Shown: positions 55,435 to 64,000 of the stretch, piece after piece
Position numbering within the stretch: the stretch's first letter is position 1
Layout: each line of letters opens with the position of its first letter
Source of the DNA: Zancudomyces culisetae HAW-14-8
Taxonomy: Eukaryota > Fungi > Kickxellomycota
Direction: 5' to 3'
Length of the DNA stretch: 64,000 nt
Assembly (NCBI GenBank): GCA_052426225.1
Contig: JBNJNM010000021.1
Span: 3,286,001-3,350,000 of the forward strand
Notes under the pieces: model-generated
What the model was told of the DNA's origin: nothing
What the model saw: only the letters and a program-made list of their open reading frames with translations
Database searches by the model: none
Position numbers and translations under genes: made by a program

Positions 55435-57303
55435 ATGGAAAAGAACATGCAAAATCTTGATATGCCTGACTGTGGCGATGACTATGACTACGACTTTGAT
55501 TTTGACAGCCAAATGTACGAAGATTGGGGGTCGGACCAAGAAGGCGAAACCTCCAACAATATGTATTCCGACAACGAGATGGTAGGGTCATATGATAACA
55601 GCCAGGAAGAGGCACAGCTGAAACGCAAGCGGAAAGAATCGCAGCAAGGGTACACATACGGTAAAGGAATGGAAGCTTCTTCCAGCAATCATGAATTGAT
55701 GAGCGATTTTTGGGTATACTCAAATGCACAAGTGTTAGAGAAAATAAATGAGTTGGTGCAACAGACCAATGGGATTTTGGAGGTTGGAACCGATGTTACA
55801 CATTTGCTGCTAAAGGAGTATGGGTATAACCAAGAGAAGCTAATAGAGGCAAGCTATACATCGGGAGTGCTTTGCGCTACAAACAATAGCCAACTTGCTG
55901 TTGAGAACGATTTGGAGATTGCAAGCAGCGGTGAGAAGAAAAGGTATCTGGATGTGTACTACAATTCGAGAGGGATATTTAAAAATTTTGTTTGCGCAAT
56001 TATGGGTGAGCAGCCACCAGCTCCTGAAAACTATAATAGTAATAATAGTCAAGGTGGTGGATATAGCCAGGAAGGAGTAGGGGGAGTGGAGCCATTAAAG
56101 GTATTTGGAACATACTCATGTCCACATTACTATTGTAAAGATTGCTACTATTCCTATGTAGCACACAAAATAAGAGGGGGGGAGGCAAATGTGATTGGGT
56201 GTATGGGATATAAATGTAAAAGCAAGCTGGCACCAGGAGCAATAGGGTTTTTAATATCTAGCAATGGTAACGACAAGGATAGGAGAGAATTAAAGGAAAA
56301 ATACGAAAAACAACAGGTAGAGGAATACGTAAATGCAAACAAACACATGAAGTTTTGTCCAGCGCCAGGCTGCGAGTACGCAATAGAATGGAACAGCAGC
56401 AGCGGTGGTAGTAGTAGTAGTAATAGGCGGCACATCGGAGGAGTGATTTTCAGTGGCAATGGGGGAGAGGAAGAGGAGGAGTGTAAGCTACCACAGATAG
56501 CTAAATGTAAGTGTGGATTCAAGTTTTGTTTTGACTGTGGTGAGCCACAGGACCACTTTCCGGTTTTATGCACAATTACAAAGCGGTGGATTCAAAAGTG
56601 TAAAGATGATTCGGAGACAGCAAACTACCTGGCAGCATTTACAAAGGACTGTCCAAACTGTATGTCGGCAATTGAGAAGAACGGCGGGTGTAATCACATG
56701 ACGTGCAAGAAATGCCGATACGAGTTTTGTTGGTTGTGTAAAGGTAAATGGCAGACACATGGGGCCGAATACTACAAATGCAACAAGTATTCGGACGTGA
56801 AGAAAAGTGGCGAAGAGACAGTCAACAAGAGCAGAGAGGCACTGGAGCGATATCTACACTACTACGCACGGTACACCAACCACGAACAAAGCATAGTGCT
56901 GATGAAGCGGCTGCTGGAAAAGACACAGCTGCGGATGGAGCAGGCGCAAAGCAATACGGCGCTGACGTGGATTGATGTACAGTTTTTGGCTGACGCAGTC
57001 GAAATCATTGCGGCGGCACGTAGTGTGTTGAAGTGGACATATGCGTTTGCGTATTATATGGTCAAGGACAACATGAACATTATTTTTGAAGACAACCAAG
57101 CCGATCTTGAGAGTGCGACAGAGCAGCTGAACGGATTGATAGAAACAGAAAACATCGACTGGTCCAACATTGCCGACCTCAAGCAGCAGATTCTCAACCT
57201 CTCAACCTATGTCAAGACTCGCCAGAAGGTTATGGTTGACGATATTGTGTCGGGATACCTTGAGTCGCGCTTTTCCTTTGTGTTTGATGTTTCAGAATTC
57301 TAA
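55435..57303 (+). CDS. Ariadne-family RBR E3 ubiquitin ligase (ARIH1/Dbl4/Hel1-like)
   Basis: Acidic N-terminus, RING1 (atypical), IBR CPAPGC...C.CGF.FCF.C...H.P..C, RING2 CPNC...IEKNGGCNHMTC..C...FCWLC, Ariadne domain LERYLHYY.RY.NH...LKWTYAFAYY. Confidence 0.93.
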   Translation: MEKNMQNLDMPDCGDDYDYDFDFDSQMYEDWGSDQEGETSNNMYSDNEMVGSYDNSQEEAQLKRKRKESQQGYTYGKGMEASSSNHELMSDFWVYSNAQVLEKINELVQQTNGILEVGTDVTHLLLKEYGYNQEKLIEASYTSGVLCATNNSQLAVENDLEIASSGEKKRYLDVYYNSRGIFKNFVCAIMGEQPPAPENYNSNNSQGGGYSQEGVGGVEPLKVFGTYSCPHYYCKDCYYSYVAHKIRGGEANVIGCMGYKCKSKLAPGAIGFLISSNGNDKDRRELKEKYEKQQVEEYVNANKHMKFCPAPGCEYAIEWNSSSGGSSSSNRRHIGGVIFSGNGGEEEEECKLPQIAKCKCGFKFCFDCGEPQDHFPVLCTITKRWIQKCKDDSETANYLAAFTKDCPNCMSAIEKNGGCNHMTCKKCRYEFCWLCKGKWQTHGAEYYKCNKYSDVKKSGEETVNKSREALERYLHYYARYTNHEQSIVLMKRLLEKTQLRMEQAQSNTALTWIDVQFLADAVEIIAAARSVLKWTYAFAYYMVKDNMNIIFEDNQADLESATEQLNGLIETENIDWSNIADLKQQILNLSTYVKTRQKVMVDDIVSGYLESRFSFVFDVSEF

Positions 57304-58761
57304 GTCGTCATCAGGATCCTCTTCGTCCCAATCGTCATCTGTATCTGGCTGGTAGATTATTTCACCACCCATTGATCCTTGGCTTTGGCTTTGGTTTTGG
57401 TATTGACCTTGATTCTGTGCTTCGAGATATGGCAGCTCGACTCGTTCTCTATCCAATCGTTGCTGCTCTGTAAGCTTCAAGTTGAATGTGCTGTTCTCAA
57501 TAAACTCTTCTACTTTTGTTTCGGTTCCCTTTTGAATATTTTGTTTTTGTTGTTGCTGTTGTTGTTGTTTCTCCGTACCCATTTTGTCATAACTAGAATC
57601 TACTTGATACTTGTCTCCATCACTTTCATTTGTTTGCTCTGGGTATTCTATAACCATCTTGCTTTTCTTGTTTTGTCTTTTATTCATCATTTCTCTTTCT
57701 CTTTCTCTTTCTCTTTCCCTTTCCCCAGACACAAAACACTCTTCCATTCCGCTCTTGAGCCCACCAATATCCTCAGTCGTCGCTGGATATATTTTATAGA
57801 TACACACTTCACGATTGACTTTTCCTACTGCTTGTTTTTTGAGTTCCAGAACTGCCACTCCCTCGCTTATTTCTTTGTTGCCATCTCCACTCGCTGTTTT
57901 CGCCATGTTTACTACCCACCCCCATTCTTTCAGCATATCCTTTTTGTACAGCTTGATAACCGCTGAAAACATGTTTTGTATCTGTCTTTTGATCACGCCT
58001 AATCTCTCCTCGCTAACACTAACACCCATATTTTCACCAGCCCTGGTACAGTTGTTTCTCGTCAGACATTCCTGTCCTGGAATAAATTCTGTCAACTCGC
58101 TGTGTTGGTACAGTAATACTCTTTGTAGTTTGCCACCATTACCGCCATTCCGATTATTGAGTTTATCCTTATCAGCACTGTTCTCTTTAATCAACATTGC
58201 AAGCCTTTGCAGAAATTCAAGTGTTTTAGTAACTGAGCTATCCAAAAACCGTTCTAAACTGTCAATGAACAATAGTGGAAATTCTGTATTTCTACTTGCT
58301 AATATACCCTTTTTGTTATTGTTATCGCTATTACTAAATAGTTGTAGGGCATCTAATTTGTTGTAAAGCTCTGCAAAATCTAGTTTTGTGTTTTCTAGCT
58401 GCCGTGTCTCTAAATTAAATCGTACTCGCATATCGATAATCTCAACTTGTGTACTATTTTCACTACTGACTTTTCCCCGAGTTGTTGTGTATGCTGTTAT
58501 ATTTGAACCCAAAATCTCTGAGGGGTCATGGATAGTGCAAATCACCAAGATTTTAAACCTGGAGTTTTGTCCAAGACCCTCAAGATGGTTGCCACTTTTA
58601 TTCTCATACTCGAACGGGTTTTGGTAAAGCGGTCTAGATAATTCGGTTTCGAGCATGTTTGTGACAAAACTCATCCCGTTATGTTGCAGGCTATCTTGAA
58701 CCAACACGAGATTGGCTTTCACTATTTCATTGTGAACAATATGTGAAAGTTTGGGATCCAT
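57292..58761 (-). CDS. ELP5: Elongator complex subunit 5 (Iki1)
   Basis: C-terminal Elp5 signature STFNL.LTEQQR.DRE.V.LPY..AQ...I.Y.PD.DDDWDEEDPDDDL; N-terminal LVLVQDSL and an IDSL motif. Confidence 0.8.
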   Translation of the reverse strand: MDPKLSHIVHNEIVKANLVLVQDSLQHNGMSFVTNMLETELSRPLYQNPFEYENKSGNHLEGLGQNSRFKILVICTIHDPSEILGSNITAYTTTRGKVSSENSTQVEIIDMRVRFNLETRQLENTKLDFAELYNKLDALQLFSNSDNNNKKGILASRNTEFPLLFIDSLERFLDSSVTKTLEFLQRLAMLIKENSADKDKLNNRNGGNGGKLQRVLLYQHSELTEFIPGQECLTRNNCTRAGENMGVSVSEERLGVIKRQIQNMFSAVIKLYKKDMLKEWGWVVNMAKTASGDGNKEISEGVAVLELKKQAVGKVNREVCIYKIYPATTEDIGGLKSGMEECFVSGEREREREREREMMNKRQNKKSKMVIEYPEQTNESDGDKYQVDSSYDKMGTEKQQQQQQQKQNIQKGTETKVEEFIENSTFNLKLTEQQRLDRERVELPYLEAQNQGQYQNQSQSQGSMGGEIIYQPDTDDDWDEEDPDDDLEF

Positions 58762-61700
58762 TCCTTTTAACCTTTTTAACTGAATTCGTTTTTTTGTCCT
58801 TTTGATTGTCTGCTTTGGATAAAAAAAAGTGTATATTTACTCGAGTTAAAAAAAAAATTTTTAGTCCAATTCTTCAAAGCAATTTGTGACTTAAAAAATC
58901 ATTTATTTCAGTTACCGAAAATAAAAATCAAAAAATCAAAAACTTCAATCAAACCTTGCGAGTCGCGAAATGGAGATTGGTTATGATGCTAAATGGCTTT
59001 TAGTCACATCAAGATAAAGCTCAAATAAAGATCTCAACATGTATTACATTAAAAGTGCATGAATACATAGAGTTTATTATACATCTGTTATTCTTCCTAG
59101 AATATATCATAGCAGCATCAACGTTTATAAAATATTCTAGCCTTTTAAAAGCTGATACTAATCATTTGCTGTGCAAAAAAGTGGATTTTACATCTAGTAA
59201 CTATATTTCTGGTGTTTTCCTTTTTTAAATGAGATTTCGTACATTTCAACAAGTTAAAATAAGAACACATACACAATGTAAAAAGCTAAACCTGTCAACC
59301 CAAGAGTGGGTCAACTCGCTTTAGCGGTTTATCAACTCGTTTATATACATTATTATACCAATCCAATATCCCCCCTTTGATTTAATTTGTTTTCCGTTTC
59401 TCAATTCCTGGCATTATAATGCTGATATGTTATGATATTACATATATAGGCTGGAAACAAACCTTGAATGTTTGCTGATACTATAAATAGATCTTTCTAG
59501 GAAATTTGAGTGTTACACGGATTAACTAAATCATGGTACCTTTCAAATTTATATTTATTCACTTTGTTCTGTAGAATATGGATAAAATCTGGAATAGGCC
59601 AGGATATTGTAATAGTTGCTTTATTAGTTACTAGATAAATCATCTGAATTCGGCTTTTTCTCATTTAATACTGCGAGTTTTGGTGAAGATTAAGCAAAAA
59701 CGTTTTTGGAATCTGTATCCTGCTTTCCCAGAAACACTGGTGAAGTTTAGAATAAAAGAACAAAGGCTCTGTCTACAAAAAACAGGCCAGAGCAAAATAT
59801 CGCCGAGTTACGAAAAAAAAAACTACTAGAATAGTTTCTAAAAGATACGTTGCATATATTTACAAATAAGATATGCTTAGATATAAGTACTACTTTTTGT
59901 GTTTAGTTGTAAATGCAAAACATCAATTGCTCTGATACAAACAGATTTTCCATAAACAATATGCAGTTTTTCCCTCTATTTTTTATATTATTTTGGTTTT
60001 GGTATTGGTTTTTTCATTTGAAAATTACACAAATTGCCATATACTGTGCACAATATCTGTTTATGTTATTTCAATGCTAGAAATATAGCCATTTATATAC
60101 ACAATGAAATATTGTTGTATAACGAAAACAAAGCTCCACAATACCAGTAATACACGCGCATTTTCTTAAAACAGTATATATTAAATTGGCATTATAGGCA
60201 AATGGCAAATACTAAAAGTAACATGTATAACCAAATTGTGATGTGTTGGGAGGGGGGAGGCTGTTTTGTTTTAATACATTATGAACTAGGCATTTAACAC
60301 AAAAATCTTCAGTTGAAAAGCAAAAGTATTAGCATAGTTATAGCTTTTGATAGAGGTATTTGTGATGGATTATTAAAATCTGCTTGAAATGCACAAAGCA
60401 TTTTCCCAAGAGGTAAAACGCACCAATTGTTCAATGTATTTTTTTATGAATTGTTTAAATAATGAGCTAAATATCTCGATTTTTTAATTTTTTTTGGGGG
60501 GAGGCGGAGGCAAAGGCAGAGGCGGAGGGAATTTTTGTGGTAGAATTTTGAAAGGATTGGTTCTATTGGAATTCCGATTCAAATTGGATGATTCACTGAG
60601 CATTTAGTTTCTGCGTTTTAGTGATAATGAAATACAGAAAAAACTGGAAAATAAAATTCGTGAATAAACAGATCAATGTGAAGAATGGAAAGTAGCGATA
60701 AATCAAGGTTTAAAATTTCAAATTGTTGCGGATTTAATAATTCATGGGTACACGAATTACAGGAAAAGGAGGGAGAAAGAAGCAAAAAAAAGTTTTTTTT
60801 GGATAAATAAATATAAAAATAAAAAGGATTAAACAATCTGTTCAATAACAATATTGGATTAAAAATACAAACCAAGCAATATTAGCGAACAAAATTATTA
60901 TGCAATTAAATCCAAGTGTATTTGTAAATTGCGTCTTTTTTAATTTCAGAGCCAAAAAATATTAACGGATAAACGAATTTGGAAAAAGGCTTGAAATGGA
61001 AAAAAAAAAGAGAATCAAAGTTCAAACCCAAAATGTAAATATTGTTTCGGATAGATATTTTAATTCTTGCAAACTAGTCATAGATAGATGAAATATTTAG
61101 AGGTTACCTAGTTTATAGTATTATCAAGACTAGTGTATAACAGTATTCTTTTCAGAAAAAGTTGTAAAGAACATATAGCATATTTTAGGCAGAATAAAGA
61201 GTATATTCGGAGTGTAGTTATTTTATTTAATCAAGAATACCAATAGCGAATATTTTTTATAAACTTGGGAGGTTTTTTTTTGGTATATATAGACAATCCA
61301 ATGTTTTTGTAAATGAAAGAATAAGATACCAGAATAATCCAAGCGGATAGAATATATCAGTATAATTTTGCGAGATAATAATCGATCGATTTTACTGAAT
61401 TGGGCATTGAATGATATTTTACGGCATAAAGACTTGACAGCAAGCGAGAAAGAGGAGTTAAAGAAAATCGACAGTGTTTTTGGACCCCGGTTGTAAAGAA
61501 ATAGCTATTTGAGAATATATTAATTCCGAGACGATCGTAATTAACGAATTCAATGTATATGTTTTTAAATGAAAAGAGTGTAAATAACAAAAGAACGAGA
61601 GAGAATTAGAATTCAAAAAGTAACTACAAGTAGGATAATTCTAGAGAGATTTTATTTGTAACAATCAAAATACAAAAGCATATTCACAAATATAAATGTA

Positions 61701-62004
61701 TATGGAAATATTAAAAGGACAACGAACCGAAGAATTAAAACTAGCAACACACTCGGCACGAAAGGATTACAAAAAAAAGAAGCTGATGTATTGAGATATC
61801 AGCTTTGTAGCCAATTTAAAATATTAAAAACCGACTTTATATTAATACACAGCATACGAGACACAAGACCTGACTGTTTTTATTATTATTATTTTTTTGG
61901 AAGAAGAAACCAAGAAAGCGAGTGAGAAAAAAAGAGGAGCAGTATCTTGTACAAAAAGTGCAAAAGAGACATAATAAAAGGGGAGAAAACAAAGTATATA
62001 AAAG

Positions 62005-64000
62005 ATGTTGGTAGATACTGTAGTAGTAGGGTATATGCGGGTAATGACCAAGTATGCACAAGGTCTATTATCAAAAGGTAACACATAGAATCAAAAATAA
62101 TAGTTGTGATAATGGTAGAGTGGTGGTGGTGGTTGTAGTGGTAGTTGTGGAGTATAATAAAAAAAGGAAAATATGAGCAAGGTGTTAATTGACATGATTT
62201 TATATTTACTAATAAATAGAGGAGTTGGAAGTACGGATGAAGGGGGATAGAAAGCTGGAGCGGCTGACACAGCTTCAATTTGAAGAGTTGTCAAAAGATG
62301 TGTTTGATGAGCTTGACAGAAGGATGCATAAAGCACAAATATGTAAGTGAATGAATAGTTTGAGTAAAAACTTGATGATTTGTTAAATGTTATGGTTATG
62401 GGTAAGAGGAAGAAGTAGAGGTAGAGGAACTGAGTTAATTATGAAAATGTGAATAAATAGTACCGTTTTTACCAGTGAAAGAGGCATATCATCCAAAAAG
62501 GAACCAAGCAAGACAGAAACTAGCGACACTGCCTACCAAAAAGTTTATAGAACTGGTAGTAGATGTTAATAGCGAGTTGAGGTTGAGATACCCACGAGCA
62601 GCTTCTAATGTAAGTGTTCAAAAAATTTGTGAAAAGTAGGATGAGGGGGGTGATGTAAGGGATAAACTACAGATGGTTTTTAAAAATTTTGTGTGTGGGT
62701 ATGTTTTTTTTTGTTGTTTGAAAATAGCTGCAATATATGCAAAAATATGAGGAAAGACAGCAGAATTCAGGGTTTGGAGATGGAGATGGGAGTGGAGCAG
62801 GTGTACTGAATTTCCAGGAAGGCAATGTTGTAGATGCAGGACAGCGGTATGATGAGGGAGATAGAGATAGGGGAGTTGGATTTAAGGCAAATACGAATTC
62901 GGGCACAAGTACACCGATAAGGAGTCTAAATGGAAGAACAGGGGTCGGATTTGCGCAAGGGGGTACATACAATGATATCGAGAGAAGCGGTAATAGAAAT
63001 GTGATACAGAGTGGGGAGAGCGTGGCGTTGAGTAAAGCACCAAGTAATAGTAACAGCAGTGTCTCCAGCGAAGGGTACTCGAGAGCAATGGCAGGGTTAG
63101 ACTACCGAATGCCTGAACTGAAGCCGTCAGCGAGTGGGAGTGGGTATAGCAGTGCAGGTGATGTGGGGAGAGATTTTATGCAAATGACTCCACAAACACT
63201 AAGAAAAGATATGCTAAATAACAGCGTAGAAAACTATAAGAAAGAGGTAGATCAGTTGAAGCAGACGTTGTTGGAGTATGTAGAAAAAGAAAAAGAATAC
63301 AAAAAAATACAAGAGGAAGCTGAGCGACTAAAAATAGAAAACGAAGGTTACAAAAAGGCACTTGAGGAGAACGAAAAATTAATAAGTGAGCTTAAAGTAT
63401 ATGGCGAGTCTAGAGATAAAGAGATAGAAACCTTAAAGGCCAAAAATACAGAGCTTGCCAAAGAAATTACAGCGCTGGGGGCTGTAGAAAAGCCGTATGA
63501 TCGAAGGATTGATAGTGTAGAGACAGAGATGGACAAGGCGAATTCCAGGCTGGGAAAGATGATGGGAGAAAGAGGAGGAAATTCTGTACCCAACAAGAGA
63601 CAGCCTGCTGATTTTGTGGTAGATAATAAGTCGACCAATTCGCAGGTGCACGACAAAAACGACGTACAGAAAAGCGTAGCGACGAGAGGCAGCCTGTATA
63701 AACAGGATATCGAGGCATTATGGTATAGCGTAGATACGCTAGTGTTTTCGGTGCAGGCGAGACGCGCTAGTTTCCAAATAAACGAAGACATAGCCAAACA
63801 TACAGAAGCAGTAGAACATCTCATCAACAACATAAAGGCACTGAGCAAATCATTGCCCAGCAACTCTGCTGGCACTGAACGCGGTCGAAGTATTTCAACT
63901 GCAGACCAGCTGCAGGGAATGTCCAAAGAACTGGTATCGCGCAGCAATTTGCTTTGCGAGTGTGCCAGAAAATATATTGAGAACAAGAGCACAGGGCCAT
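62005..64000 (+). CDS. SPA2: Polarisome scaffold Spa2 (GIT/SHD repeats + coiled coil), 4+ exons, truncated by the window end
   Basis: Exons 62005-62077, 62220-62342, 62461-62609, 62728->64000 join in frame. SHD repeats RKLERLTQLQFEELSKDVFDELDRR and PFLPVKEAYHPKRNQARQKLATLPTKKFIELVVDVNSELRLR, then a coiled coil. Exon 1 is the least certain. Confidence 0.88.

Noticed and set aside
58800-61900. 3-kb AT-rich spacer with F/L/I-rich minus-strand ORFs
   Set aside because: Compositional artefacts of the A-rich plus strand.
1-64000. tRNA, rRNA, CRISPR, prokaryotic operon or defence system
   Set aside because: No cloverleaf, rRNA or repeat-spacer array seen. GTTCGAA matches fall in CDS or lack tRNA context. 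The sequence is intron-containing eukaryotic DNA.

Overview
This is an AT-rich eukaryotic (fungal) genomic window with GT-AG introns. Gene content and style suggest an early-diverging fungus, possibly Kickxellomycotina/Harpellales; that assignment is inference only. About 22 protein-coding genes can be supported, in order: ARG3/OTC (3' end), QNG1 queuosine salvage, STE24, GRC3/NOL9, CDC16, APC10/DOC1, FET3, FTR1, a PI-PLC-like secreted protein, a class II HDAC, SPC2, a 122-aa three-exon helical protein, DTWD1, a Cdc25-like RasGEF, an ACSS3/PrpE-type acyl-CoA synthetase, BAT1, GLR1, LTA4H/LAP2, MSS4, an Ariadne RBR E3, ELP5 and SPA2 (5' part, missed by the ORF track). I saw no tRNA, rRNA or CRISPR. 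The most notable observations are: (1) an HDAC with the vertebrate class IIa-type Tyr->His change (LEGGHD), no Arb2 domain, and a ~150-aa GW/WG-rich insertion that could be an Argonaute hook; (2) a tandem FTR1-FET3 iron-uptake locus with a dense ATCWGATAA array, inverted repeats enclosing two of the GATA sites, a 23-bp palindrome just upstream of FET3, and an atypical ferroxidase active site; (3) two adjacent APC/C subunit genes; (4) a tail-to-tail coding overlap between Ariadne and ELP5; (5) a heavily decayed Ty3/Gypsy relic. All family assignments come from recalled motifs, not from database searches.
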